Of a stretch of DNA of 64,000 nt, positions 13,245-26,300 are shown piece after piece (position 1 is the stretch's first letter; each line of letters starts with the position of its first letter). The DNA lies in contig NC_043005.1 in NCBI RefSeq assembly GCF_006345805.1, positions 109,306,001 through 109,370,000 on the forward strand, written 5' to 3'. Both the position numbers and the translations under genes were made by a program. This stretch comes from Octopus sinensis (Eukaryota). The notes below the pieces were generated by a model, which worked only from the letters and a program-made list of their open reading frames with translations, searched no databases and was not told where the DNA came from.

Positions 13245-14133
13245 TACACAGTGTGTTCTGGCTAAATTTGACAGTTTGCATGAAAGAATAAGAAAACAAT
13301 CTGAAAATAAATGTATTTTAAAATATGTAAAAATATTAACTAGATTATAGCTGGGAGATGACAGTTTACTAAAAATAACCAATCTCAGTTTCCACTGTCT
13401 TCAGGATGGTTCCAGAACTTGGTGTATGAATTCCTCACTGTGTTTTTAAGAAGATCTTCAAACACCTTCTTGATCTTGACCACGAGCTCAGTCTTGATAT
13501 TACCAGCAGAGCAGTTGGTGTCTTTCTCAACCGCTTTCCACTCATACTAATCCATGTGATTACAATTGGAGTATTTAGGAGGCCAGAAATTGGAGTTGAT
13601 GAAGTTGTAAAAATTCTCTGACAACCACTTCTTCTGATGCTTTCTAAAGGTATAGCAACCAGCCAAATCCCACTCCAACATATATGGACTTCCAGAAGCA
13701 ACCCCCTCCAGCCTGAATCTGACCACAATTTCCAGCAGCTTCACAAAGCCTTCTGAATTGGGCCTAAAGCCCTGTTCAAAGACTTGGGTATGAATTCTGG
13801 CATGCAGGTACAATCAAAGTGATTGCTGTGTCCTTTCGTTTTGACCATGGTTTTGTAGTCTCTGTTGCAGCTGTCCATGTTACTTCTTACAGCCGTTACA
13901 GTCTCCACAGAACATTGCATAGCAGTCAGGATCTCGGCATCTTGATACCTGGTTCAAATCATCATGATACGGTTAACTCTTTGACAATCTTCAGCTGGCT
14001 TCAGCAAACTGCTTCTCGACTACAACATTAATATTCCGGCTCTCTAACACCATCGACTGTTCACCGATACATCAAACTGACCCTGTAAAAGGAGATACAA
14101 AAAAGTCATCACATTTAGCTTGAACACCTCGTA
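13245..14133 (-). mobile_element. Tc1/mariner maT (DD37D-like) element, internally deleted
   Basis: Minus ORF ...EWDLAGCYTFRKHQKKWLSENFYNF...WPPKYSNCNHMD* then YEWKAVEKDTNCSAGNIKTELVVKIKKVFEDL; about 38 residues between D2 and D3. N-terminal remnant DAEILTAMQCSVETVTAVR at 13830-13950. Degenerate TIRs gtgttc..gctaaat.tga at both ends with TA. Confidence 0.8.
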
Positions 14134-14184
14134 CATATAGATGTTGCGAATGAGAGAACTAGCAAAGCATAACAGTCCAATGTC

Positions 14185-14280
14185 TGAACCAGCAACCACC
14201 ACCACAACCACCACCACCACCACCACAACCACCACCACCACCACAACCACCACCACCACCACCACAACCACCACCATCAC
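14185..14280. repeat. (ACC)n microsatellite
   Basis: Directly visible. Confidence 0.95.
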
Positions 14281-15069
14281 TGCCCCATCCCTCATCATCA
14301 TTGTCTCTTGTGTGTTTATGTTATTGAGCATATTTACACCTGGTTCTGAAATATTGTGTGTGTGTGTGTGTGCATGTGTGTGTGTGTATGTGTGCATGTG
14401 TGTGTGTGCATGTGTGTGTGTGCATGTGTGTGTGTGCATGTGTGTGTGTGCATGTGAATTACATGTGTGAGAGTGTGTGTATGTTAGAAAGAGAGAGAGT
14501 GTGTGTGTGTGTGTGTGTGCGTGTGTGTGTGCATGCGTGAGAGTTCGGTGGTACTATATGCTGGTCAGATTAAGAGAAATCATTTTAATTGCAGCATGTA
14601 ATCAGCTGACTGGACTAGAATGATAGAAGTACAGAGAGAGAGAGAGAGGGAGGGAGGGGTGGAGTGGGCAACAAGAGGGAGAGAGAGAGAGAGAGAGAAG
14701 GAGAAAGAAGGAAGTGGAGACAGGAGGGAGAGAGCGAGAGAGTGAAAGAGAGAATGAAGATGAGAATAAGGTGGGAAGCGAAGAGGAGGGAGAGAGAGAG
14801 AGAAAGGAAGAAAAGAAGAATATGAAACGAAAAAGAGTTAGAAAGAAACTATGACAGAAAGAAAAGAAATGAAAGAAGCAGCGAAAGAAAGAATGAAGGA
14901 GAGAACAAAAGAAAGGAAAAGGACAATGAGGATATGAGAAGGAAAGGCGTGTGTGTGTGGGGGGGGGAATGAAAGCTGAAGGTATTGTGGCCACCAGAGT
15001 ACTGGTTCCATTTCTGAAGGATTGGTGTTTGTAATTAAGCTGCTGCTGCTGCTTGGCATTAAATAACTG

Positions 15070-15835
15070 CACCATGACTACCAATACTACTACCACCAAT
15101 ACCATCGATACCACCATCTCTGCCACCACTGCTAACATCACAACCACCACCACCACCAAAACCACCACCACTACCACCACCACCACTACCACCACTACCA
15201 CCACCACCACTACCACCTACACTACCACTACCCGCCCACCACCACCACCACCACCACCACCACTACCACTACCACCACCACCACCACCACACAACCACCA
15301 CCACCACCACTACCGCCATTACCACCACTACCACCACCACCACCAATACCACCACTGCTAGCATCACCACCACCACCACCACACCACCACCACCACCACC
15401 ACCATTACCTTGATTTACACCACTCCTTTCACATCACCACTCTCACTCCACTACAACTGTCAGCACTACCACCACCACCACAACCACCACCACCACCACA
15501 ACCACCACCACCACCACAACCACCACCACCACCACAACCACCACCACCACCACTACCGCCATTACCACCATCCCCAACTCCACCACCATCTATACCACTA
15601 CTACAACTACCACCATTACAACCACAAACACCCCCACTGCTATCACTAATATTACTATGACCATCACCACCACCATAACCATCACCACCACCATCTTCAC
15701 TATCACTACCATTACCATTATCACCACTATTACTATCACTACAACTAACATTACCACCACCACCACCACCACCACCACTATCATTAATACTACTATGACT
15801 GCACCACCACCACCACCACCACCATTACCACCGTA
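15070..15835. repeat. Long (ACC/ACT)n low-complexity tract
   Basis: Directly visible; internal duplications of caccaccacaac units. Confidence 0.95.
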
Positions 15836-16175
15836 ACAAACAAAAACATGCCACAATGATCAGGCTGATTACTGCAATCGGTGCCGGACAAGGAGACCTG
15901 ACATTGCAATTTATAATCCTTTTCTCTTTCAGTGATGTTGAAAACTTCACTTCTCTTTACACCTTCATGTACACACACGGACACACGGACACACATACAT
16001 GTTCATACAGCTATACACATATAAGTGTATATGCATATACGCAAATCAGACATTATGTGTACATATGTAGAGTGTATGGACACTTAATCCTTCAGCAATT
16101 TCATTTGATGCTTGAATTCCAGTTTCTGTTGAAAAACTGACTTTAGCTTCACCTTTATCTATTTGTCTTTGTTCT

Positions 16176-16402
16176 CTTACTCTCTTTTTACTCTTTTACT
16201 TGTTTCAGTCATTTGACTGTGGCCATGCTGGAGTACCGCCTTTAGTCGAGCGAATCGACCCCTGCCTAGTACATATTCTATCGGTCTCTTTTGCCGAACT
16301 TCTAATTTACGGGGACGTAAACACACCTGCATCGGTTGTCAAGCGATGTTGGGAGGACAAACACAGACACACAAACATATACACACACACATACATACAT
16401 AC

Positions 16403-16495
<93 letters not shown>

Positions 16496-16657
16496 TACGA
16501 CGGGCTTCTTTTCAGTTTCCATCTACCAAATCCACTCACAAGGCTTTGGTCGGCCCGAGGCTATGTAGAAGACACTTGCCCATGGTGCCACGCAGTAGGA
16601 CTAAACCCGGAAACATGTGGTTCGTAAGCAAGCCCCTTACCACACAGCCACCCCTGC
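16176..16657 (-). mobile_element. SINE family A, full length
   Basis: Tail (TTTTACTC)n, internal (TA)n, head ccttaccacacagccacccc. Confidence 0.9.
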
Positions 16658-16683
16658 ACCTATGTCTATATGTTTGTTGAGTG

Positions 16684-17030
16684 AAAGCACATGGCTCAGT
16701 GGTTAGAGAGTCGGGCTCACAATAATGACGTAGTGAGTTCGATTCCCAGACCGATCAGTGTGTTGTGTTCTTAAGCAAGACACTTTATTTCATGTTGCCC
16801 CCTTTTCACTCAGCTGTAGAAATGAGTTACAACATCAATGGCCCCAAGCTGTATCGGCCCCTTTACCTTTCCCTTTGACAACATCAGCCATGAGGAGAGG
16901 GGTGGTCGGTATGCATGGGCAACTGCTACTCTTCCATAAACAACCTTGCCCGGACTTGTGCCTCAGAGGGTAACTTTCTAGGTGCAATCCCGTAGTCATG
17001 CATGACTGAAGGCAGTCTTTACCCTTTTAC
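16684..17030 (+). mobile_element. tRNA-headed SINE family C (V-domain-like centre)
   Basis: Box A tggctcagtggttaga, box B gagttcgattccc, centre gtgttcttaagcaagacacttta...cactcagctgtagaaatgag, tail (ttaccct)n. Confidence 0.75.
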
Positions 17031-17176
17031 CTTGTTTAAGTATGTGTACATGTCTTTCTCTGTGTGTATACATGTTTGTGCATGTATGTTTGTATGTGTT
17101 TATGCTGGGTGGATATTTACATGATTTTTCTGCAGTTATATCTACATATGCACATCTGTGTCATCACCATCATCAC

Positions 17177-17214
<38 letters not shown>

Positions 17215-17284
17215 CTGCTTTACATATATATTCTGTGCCACCATAGTTTGGACGGGTTGTCATAGTATAAGTTTTTATATGAAC

Positions 17285-18430
17285 AGCTAACTGGCTTCCG
17301 TGCCGGTGGCACGTAAAATAGCACCATTCAAGCGTGATCATTACCAGTGTCGCCTTCCTGGCACGTGAAAAGACATTTGAGCGAGGTCGTTGCCAGTGCT
17401 GTTGGACTGGCTCCTGTGCAGGTGGCACGTAAAAAACACCATTTGAGTGTGGCCATTGCCAATACTGCCTGACTGGCCCTCATGCCAGTGGCATGTAAAA
17501 GCACCCACTACACTCTCGGAGTGGTTGGCATTAGGAAGGGCATCCAGCTGTAGAAACTCTGCCAGATTAGATTAGAGACTGGCACGAGGGCCAGTCAGGC
17601 AGTACTGGCAATGGCCATGTTCAAATAGTGTTTTTTTACATGCCACCTGCACAGGAGCTAGTCCAGTGGCACTAGCAACAACCTCGCTCAAATGTTTTTT
17701 CATGTGCCACCAGAACAAGTGCCAAGTGAGACCATAACCCGTGGCCTATGCCGGGGGAGGGGGGCTAACCAGCCCACTTATGTGTACCTTTCTTTCATTG
17801 GACACTAAATTCTGCTTCCAAAGACCTGTTGAGACAAGTGAAATCGAAATTTACCCTTTTACCTTGTAAAAAGCACCATTCGAGCATGATCATGCTCGAA
17901 TGGTTCTTTTTACGTGCCACTGGCATGGAAGCCAGACAGCGGCTCTGGCAACGACCACACTCAGATGGTGCTCTTAGCACTCCACTAGCGTGGATGCTGG
18001 TCGTCGAATTTGATTTCGATTTCACTTGCCTCAACAGGTCTTTGAAAGCAGAATTTAGTGCCCAATGAAGGAAAGGTACACATAAGTGGGATGGTTACAC
18101 ACCTGGCATAGGCCACGGGTTATGGTCTCACTTGGCTTGCCGAGTCTTCTCATGCACAGTATATCTCCAAATGTCCCGGTCACTAGTCATTGCCTTGGTG
18201 AGGCCTAATGTTCAAAGGTCGTGCTTCACCACCTCATCCCAGGTCTTCCTGGGTTTACCTCTTCCACAGGTTCCCTCAACTGCTAGGATGTGGCTCTTTT
18301 TCACACAGCTATCCTCATCCATTCTCACCACATGACCATACCAGAGTAGTCATCTCTCTTGCACACATCTTCTTTTGTCCAACTTTTCTCTCAAGGTACT
18401 TACACTCTGTCGTGTATACACACTGACATT
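17285..18430. mobile_element. Mosaic of RTE family R 3' fragments in alternating orientation, with RT C-terminal remnant (18130-18430, minus)
   Basis: Minus frame ...LWYGHVVRMDEDSCVKKSHILAVEGTCGRGKPRKTWDEVVKHDL; inverted pairs 17355-17485/17581-17710 and 17716-17850/18005-18140. Confidence 0.85.
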
Positions 18431-18647
18431 ACATGGAATATATATACCATGAAACTGGGAAACCAGCTCTTGTGAGTCAGTATGATTCAAGAAGGTAACT
18501 TTACCTTTACGTTTTACTCTCAGTCACTTAAATGTCACAAGCTCTGATATTATGCACCTGAAGCCTTGAGACATATTTAGACTTATATGTAACCTGAAAC
18601 GAGACATTTAACAACGGTCGTTTTACTATATTATCATTATAGTATTA

Positions 18648-18860
18648 TTGGTTTCAAATTTTGGCACAAGGCCGGCAATTTCAGGGTAGTGGGTAAGACA
18701 ATTATATCGACCCCACTGATCAGATGGTACTTATTATATCGACCCCTAAAAGGATGAAAGGTAAAGTTGATCTCAGTTGGAATTTGAACTCAGAAGCATA
18801 AACACAGATGAAACATTGCCAAGCCTTTTGCCTGGCCTGCTAATGATTCTGCCAGCGCAC
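18648..18860 (-). mobile_element. SINE family M variant (cttgtgccaaaatttgaaacc 3' end)
   Basis: aggatgaaaggtaaagttgatctc...gaatttgaactcagaa; similar copies at 28192-28330 (+), 41150-41490, 42005-42205. Confidence 0.75.
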
Positions 18861-19039
18861 CACCTGACATCATTATAGTGTCGTTACTATTATTAGTAGT
18901 AGTATCATTATTTCTCAGGTGTAGGCGAGGTTATAAATACCTGCCAAGTGACAACCAGTAGCCAAGGGCAAGCACTGTAGTATAATGTTATTGCTCAACA
19001 CAGCTTTCGGTCCTGTTGTGTTTTCAATCCTGGCTCAAC

Positions 19040-19119
19040 TACCATCATCATCACCATCATCATCATCGTTATCATCACCATCATCATCATCATTGTCATC
19101 ATCATCATCATCATCATCG

Positions 19120-19150
<31 letters not shown>

Positions 19151-19395
19151 TATCATCGTCGTCATCATCATCGACATCATCATCATCGTCATCATCATCA
19201 TCGTTGTCGTCGTCGTCATCATCATCATCATCGTCATCACCATCATCATCGTCATTATCATCGTCATCATCACCACCATCATCATCATCATCATCATCAT
19301 CATCATTGTCATCATCATCATCATCATCATTGTCGTCGTCGTCATCATCATCATCATCACCACCACCACCACCACCACCACCACCACCACCACCA

Positions 19396-19428
<33 letters not shown>

Positions 19429-19430
19429 TA
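19040..19430. repeat. About 400-bp (CAT)n/(CAC)n microsatellite
   Basis: Directly visible. Confidence 0.95.
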
Positions 19431-19885
19431 CTATCATTACTATTAGAGGAATCTTCTTATCATAGATAAGCGCACTGTCTATTTAGTATTTAGGTCACTA
19501 CCTAAATACAAACGATAGAGTACTGTGAACATGATGAGAAAAAGATGCAATAATGTTTCTATATAAACACTGAAGTAGAACTCAACGTAAAATTAAACAC
19601 AATATACTCTAATAATATAATTAATATATTAATTTGGTAAATTGTTGGCACAAGACCAATATAGAACATTGATATCGTTTATTGGCATAGAGCCTACTAA
19701 CCTACAGAGAAAAGTACTGACAGGCATTTATTTTATTGACTCTGGTGGGTTGAAATACAAATTTATCTCTGCTGGGGTTTAAATTCGGAACACAAATTGT
19801 ACAGGGTATATTCAGCAAACCACTCGGAGACACAATGCATTTTCGTTTTCTTCAATGTTTTCCGTATTGTGTTGTTGTAGTAAAA

Positions 19886-20285
19886 TTACTCTTTTACTCT
19901 TTTACTTGTTTCAGTCATTTGACTGTGGCCATGCTGGAGCACCACATGTAGTCGAGCAAATCGACCCTAGGACCTATTCTTTGTAAGCCCAGTACTTATT
20001 CTATCGGTCTCTCTTGCCGAACTGCTAAGTTACAGGTATGCAAACACACCAACATCAGTTGTCAAGCGATGTTGGGGGGGGGGACAAACACAGACACACA
20101 AACATATACACACACATACATATATATCAAGGGCTTCTTTTAGTTTCCGTCTACCAAATCCACTCACAAGGCTTTGGTCGGCCCAAGGCTATAGTAGAAG
20201 ACACTTGCCCAAGGTGCCACGCAGTGGGACTGAACCCGGAACCATGTGGTTCGTAAGCAAGCTACTTACCACACAGCCACTCCTG
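19886..20285 (-). mobile_element. SINE family A, full length
   Basis: Same architecture as 16176-16657. Confidence 0.9.
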
Positions 20286-20917
20286 TTGATTCATAATAAA
20301 TATATATATATTTGTATATACATATATGTATATTATATATCATATGTTTTATATATGTACATGCGAGTGTGTATACAATAAGAGACCTCTTCAGTTCTGG
20401 ACCCTTTTCTCATACTTTGCCCCAGCCTCTTAGCAAGCAGCTGTCGCCCTCTTTACTGTGGGTCAATAAGTAAAGGTGAACCAAAAATCAGACAGAAAAA
20501 ACCATGGCAAAGCAGACCTCAGAGCATGTCTCATCCTGTCCAACCAACCTTGCCAGCATGGAACATGGACATTAAATGATGTTGATGAAGATGATGATGA
20601 TGGTGTGCCTGTTTGATGTCTGGATGTATGTGTATGTGTGTGTATGTATACATATCTGTATGTATGTATGTATGTGTATATGTGTGTATAGATCATTGTG
20701 TGTAAGCGTGTTCATGTCTACACCTTTCCAAATAAAACTAGTGCTGTAGTTTGGCAGTTCAATATTGATAAAATAAGACTGACAGACCTACAGAGGTTGA
20801 CATGAATCACTGAGGTCCATTTGTAAATGGTGACCCACCTTCATTGGTGTCTAATTAGTGAAAACTAAGAGAAATAATTAAAAATATATACTGACATCAA
20901 CATGTATATATATATAT

Positions 20918-21290
20918 GATCAAAATAAGCAACAAGCACATCCAGAGGTAATGCAGTACGATCGTTTCCTGCAACTCCATTTAATTGAACAATGCAATCG
21001 TTACATCAATTTAAAATGCAGAGCAATCTTCAGCTGTCTTTGTGCATTTATACCATATGTTCCATGAAGTCAGGACTCTATGATAGATTGTTAGCTCCAA
21101 CATGCATTTTTTTTCTCTCCTTGTTTCTCTCCTTGTTTTTTTCTGTGTATCTTTCTGTTGAAGAGTGTGGGCTCGAAACGTAAAAGACTTTTTCTATTTC
21201 TATTCCTGAGCACTATACTAATACATTTATTTGTTTGTACTCCACCTGCCTTCGTCTTTTGTTTATTTTCGTAAACTTTCCCATTATATA
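20918..21290 (+). mobile_element. PLE pseudo-LTR-like fragment between (TA)n tracts with hammerhead 21150-21187
   Basis: TCTTT-CTGTTGA-A-GAGT GTGG GCTC-GAA-ACGT-A-AAAGA: 5-bp stem I, 4-bp stem II, ACGT palindromic stem III; A6>T substitution. Confidence 0.65.
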
Positions 21291-23266
21291 TATATATATA
21301 TATATATGCATGAATTTTGGTAAGCAGTGTTGATTTTACAAATCTGTATCACTTATATATAATGCATATGTAAAGATATATATATCCATATGTATGTATT
21401 TGAACATATATACATGGACACACATAGATATATCTCACAGAGGTTTAATTCAATTTGACTTCATCAGATTAATTAATTCTTGTTGGATTTTAAGTGCTGA
21501 TGATGGTATTTCTTTAATGGTAAATTAATGATCTTTGAAGATATATTCCAAAATTTCAACTGAAGGACACAGATTATGATTTTTATAATTAAAAGATAGA
21601 AGAAATTGTAATTGTCACCATTGAAATATTTTTATTGTTGCTGTTGGTGACTTCATAGTCATATAGATCAAATTCCTCATTTTTACCATTGGCATCATTA
21701 ATGGTACAATTTACCATTACCTTCAATACTTCCCTCAACATCATCACTATAAACAATCTTCATCTTGTCATTCACAAAATAATCAACAATACCATGACTA
21801 TCCCATTGATGATGATGCTGATGATGGTGAAGACAAAGTGATGGTGACCATGGTGACAACAACAACCATCATGTTCTTGTTGCTGTTGTTGTTGTCATTG
21901 TTGCCAAATTTGTTGTTGCTGTTGTAGTTATCATCATCCACATTGGCATCTTTATAATCAATTGCTTCATAAATTTAATTTTCCTCTTCTATTTCTACTT
22001 CCTCCTCTTCCTCCCCCACTCTCCATCATCCTCCTCATTATCTTCATGTTCATCATCATCATTATCATCGTCATCATTACCACCTCCATCACCATCATCA
22101 CCATCATTATCGTCACATCATATAACATCTGAGTGGTCAGTCAATCTATTAGAAATAGAAACCAAATCTCAATCAAATTCCACCCTAACTGCATTAAGAA
22201 TGGAAAGCAACAATGTCTGAATAAAGACACGATGTCATGGATTGAAGACTTTTGATCATAGGTTTGCTTACACAATGGTAAATTACAGCAACTCGTTTTG
22301 GTTAATTATTAATTAACAAGCATAGTAGTTTTACTAGTATTTAATTAATGATCCCAGAATGAAAGAAATGTAGAGATAACTATGCCAGATTTTGAACTCA
22401 GAACATAAATTGAATGAGATTAAATGCATCAATCCATTTAGTCCAACTCTGTATGACTTCTGCAAACTCCTTTCCGTTTGCTAGTAATTAGCAAACTGAG
22501 TAAATACAACACTCCTTAACTAATCTACTGTTTTAATTACCGTATTGATTACAACCCTAAATGTACCCTACCATATCGGTGTAATGGAGCACGATAATAA
22601 ATAATTAGCAGAAATTTCAGAAACAATTTTTATAATGTTAAAGGTTATTTCAATTTTAGCTATGGTTGAATGTTATTTTCTGAATAGGAAAAAATATTTT
22701 GATCACAATAATTGTAGTATTTCATTTTTAGTTTTTTTTTTTTTTTTCATAATTGCTGATTTTATTCAATTTATGTAATGAGATTCAAGCAAAACAAATT
22801 CTGGATGTTGTAAATATCTGTATTGTTAGCCAAGTTTTAATTAGTGTCTTTTGTTATAGAAAATAAATCTATTAAATGGAATAAAATAATAATTCAGATG
22901 ATGCTGTGTTTCCATGGAAATATTATGTTTAGATTAAATGTTACACACTTGCTCAGATATGGCTGAGATAAGAAGTTCCCCAATCACTTGGTTCTTGGGT
23001 CAGTCCCATTCTATAGTACCTTGGGCAAGGTTCTTCTGCCAATAGCCCCAGACTGACCAAATCCTTGTGAGCGGATTTGGCAGAGGGGAACTGAAAGAAG
23101 CTCACTATGTGTGTGTGTGTGCCTGTGTCAGTGTTTGTCACCCATCACTACTGGAAGACTGGTGTGGGTTTTTTATATCTCTGTAACTTAGTGGTGTTCA
23201 TAAGTGTCTTTACAATTTAAAGGGTGAAAAAGCGAAAACTGTAAATGTAATTTATGGACATACTAT

Positions 23267-23433
23267 AGGAGTGGCTGTGTGGTAAGTAGCTTGTTTACCA
23301 ACCACATGGTTCCGGGTTCTGGGTTCAGTCCCACTGCATGGCACCTTGGGTAAGTGTCTTCTACTATAGCCTCGGGCTGACCAAAGCCTTGTGAGTGGAT
23401 TTGGTGGACAGAAGCTGGAGGAGGCCTGTCGTA

Positions 23434-23471
<38 letters not shown>

Positions 23472-23690
23472 TGTGCGTGTATGTTTGTGTGTCTGTGTTT
23501 GTCCCCCTAGCATTGCTTGACAACCGATGCTGGTGTGCTTATGTCCCTGTCACTTAGCAGTTCGGCAAAAGAGACCGATAGAATAAGTACTGGGCTTACA
23601 AAGAATAAGTCCCGGGGTCGAGTTGCTCGATTAAAGGCGGTGCTCCAGCATGGCCGCAGTCAAATGACTGAAACAAGTAAAAAAGAAAAA
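23267..23690 (+). mobile_element. SINE family A, full length
   Basis: Head ggagtggctgtgtggtaagtagc, internal (TA)n(TG)n, 3' cagtcaaatgactgaaac; a diverged copy precedes it at 22955-23190. Confidence 0.9.
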
Positions 23691-24240
23691 AAATATATAT
23701 ATATATATATATATGCCAATCAGTTTCAACCTGGGTATTATATAAATGGATATTAGATAACAGAGTTAGAACATGTTAAAGCATGTTTTTTTGACAAGGC
23801 ACATAAGACGTTTATTTTATCAAACAGTGCTGTTGGCACAAACCTGTCATCTTTTCTACATTTTAAAAGAAAAACCTCACCTAAGGAAAGGATACTCAAT
23901 AGAATTTCTATTTGTGTTCATCTGGAATGTTGGATGTAGGAGAGAGGAATGAAATTGCAAAGTATGGTTTAGGCATCTTGGAGAATCAATAAAAAAATCC
24001 ACCTTATTAGTTTGGGTTCAGTTTTAGGCTCATAAGACTGAGATTGTTTAGGGGATGGTTTTGGAACAATTGAAGGATTAAGTTGTAGTAGCAGCAAGAA
24101 TTGCTTTCGGCCTTCGGAAACAGAAGTGGAAGAAAATGGTCTATTATTACATGGATGTGTCCAAACACGATGCCAGCGTGGAGAACAGATGCCAAATGCT
24201 GATGATAATGATGATGATGGTTATGGTTGTGCTAATAATG

Positions 24241-24761
24241 TGGCGAGCTGGCAGGAATGTTAGCACACCGGGCGAAATGCTTGGCGGTATTTCGTCTGTC
24301 TTTACGTTCTGAGTTCAAATTCCACCGAGGTCGACTTTGCCTTTCATCCTTTCGGGGGTCGATTAAATAAGTACCAGTTATACACTGGGGTCGATATAAT
24401 CGACTTAATCTGTTTGTCGGTCTTTGTTTGTCCTCTCTGTGTTTGGCCCCTTGTAAGTAGTAAAGAAATATATATTTCATTTGCCGTTACGTTCTGAGTT
24501 CAAATTCCGCCGAGGTCGACTTTGCCTTTCATCCTTTCGGGGGTCGATTAAATAAGTACCAGTTATACACTGGGGTCGATATAATCGACTTAATCTGTTT
24601 GTCGGTCTTTGTTTGTCCTCTCTGTGTTTGGCCCCTTGTAAGTAGTAAAGAAATATATATTTCGTTTGCCGTTACGTTCTGAGTTCAAATTCCGCTGAGG
24701 TCGACTTTGCCTTTCATCCTTTTGGGGTCGATTAAATAAGTACCAGTTACGCACTGGGGTC
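24241..24761 (+). mobile_element. SINE family M head-to-tail trimer
   Basis: One head plus bodies at 185-bp period (ttacgttctgag at 24302, 24487, 24672); 14-bp direct repeat ttgtgctaataatg at 24227-24240 and 24769-24782. Confidence 0.9.
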
Positions 24762-25026
24762 ATATAGATTGTGCTAATAATGATAAAGTGTGATTGGGTA
24801 AAAAAAAATAATGATGGAATGCTGTAAAAGAAAAAGTAGTCGAGAAATTCTAAATAAATTCTGCATTGATGCCTTGTGGGTGAATTTGGTTGATGGAAAC
24901 TGTGTAGAAGCCCATAAATATTGTATATCTATATCTATTGATCTATATATATAAGGACAAATATGTAATGACCATTATTTATATCTTGTCTGATATATAT
25001 ATATATGTATATATATATATATGTGT

Positions 25027-25555
25027 ATATGTGTATATTGGCAGGGCTGGCCTGCTAGGTAGCCGGCCAGAATGCTAGAAGAAGATCATCAACGATCAAG
25101 CTACAAGGGAAATTCTCTAGAGGAAGAATTCAGCGAACACCAGAACCAACTTTGGCGGGCAGGACATATGAAAAATTAAATAAATAACAGACTTAAATGC
25201 ATACCTCGGTTTCGGTCTTAACAAAAGACCGAAAAGTTAGTGATAATTTTTTAAGCTTTAAATCGGCCTAATTAATGGGGTTAGTCTTGCGGTTTGCATC
25301 TCGAGGACCGAATGTACTGAAGAAGTCACGGAGACTTGAATTATGCAAGTAATTCTTTTGTTAAGACCGAAACCGAGGTATGCATTTAAGTCTGTTATTT
25401 ATTTAATTTTTCATATGTCCTGCCCGCCAAAGTTGGTTCTGGTGTTCGCTGAATTCTTCCTCTAGAGAATTTCCCTTGTAGCTTGATCATTGATGATCTT
25501 CTTCTAGCATTCTGGCCGGCTACCTAGCAGGCCAGCCCTGCCAATATACACATAT
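25027..25555. mobile_element. Young palindromic element, about 202-bp arms and 125-bp spacer
   Basis: 25027-25228 is the reverse complement of 25354-25555, with one mismatch noticed (aacgatc/gatcatt). Confidence 0.9.
25310..25387 (+). ncRNA. Type-I hammerhead ribozyme motif with enlarged stem II loop
   Basis: GAATGTA-CTGAAGA-AGTC...GACC-GAA-AC CGAG GT-A-TGCATTT; stem I pairs 7/7 with two G-U. Confidence 0.65.
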
Positions 25556-25683
25556 ATTTGAATTTTCTCTGACTCCTCAGATTTTTTGAATGCTGGACTA
25601 CTGGTTTTAAATTGATATTAAAATTAATATTAATTTATCTCCCTCAATTTTTAAATATTTATATATGTGTATATATATATATG

Positions 25684-25773
<90 letters not shown>

Positions 25774-25789
25774 TATAGTTAATTAAAAA

Positions 25790-25975
25790 AATGGAGAAAA
25801 AAGACAACAAGAAAAAACAACATGAGGACGTAGTACATGCAAAGTGTTAATGAGACGCTCAGAGAAGGAAAGAATGAGTGGTTGTTTTACGTTCCGAGCA
25901 TAGCTCTTGTTTGAAACAAGAGATATTGGAAAATCCATGGGAAAAGAAAGAAGGAGAAAAGAAAATTCCAACAGT
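25790..25975 (-). mobile_element. PLE pseudo-LTR-like fragment with decayed hammerhead (25884-25917)
   Basis: Minus GTTT-CAAACA-A-GAGC TAT GCTC-GGA-ACGT-A-AAAC; homologous to 38300-38530. Confidence 0.55.
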
Positions 25976-26019
25976 CCATGTATATATATATGTGTATATA
26001 TATATATATATACATACAA

Positions 26020-26061
<42 letters not shown>

Positions 26062-26264
26062 ATTATATATATATATGTTTGTATGTATATATATGTATGT
26101 ATATATACATATATATATATGTATATATATATGTATGCATATATACATATATATGTATGTATGTGTGTATATACATATGTATGTATATATATATATGTAT
26201 ATATACGTATGTATATATATATGTATGTGTATGTATGTATGTATGTATGTAAATATATATATAT

Positions 26265-26300
<36 letters not shown>

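Noticed and set aside
14044-14086. Minus-strand terminal exon GQFDVSVNSRWC after a tttacag acceptor
   Set aside because: It lies inside the maT element between its degenerate TIR and the transposase N-terminal remnant.
15850-15990. Minus frame EVFNITEREKDYKLQCQVSLSGTDC as an exon
   Set aside because: No convincing donor and acceptor pair, and no recognised homology.
23930-24220. Apparent exon GDGFGTIEGLSC...GEQMPNADD
   Set aside because: No donor site; other frames resemble a decayed RTE C-terminus (WFxH, xxRQKWKKMV) ending in a (GAT)n tail.
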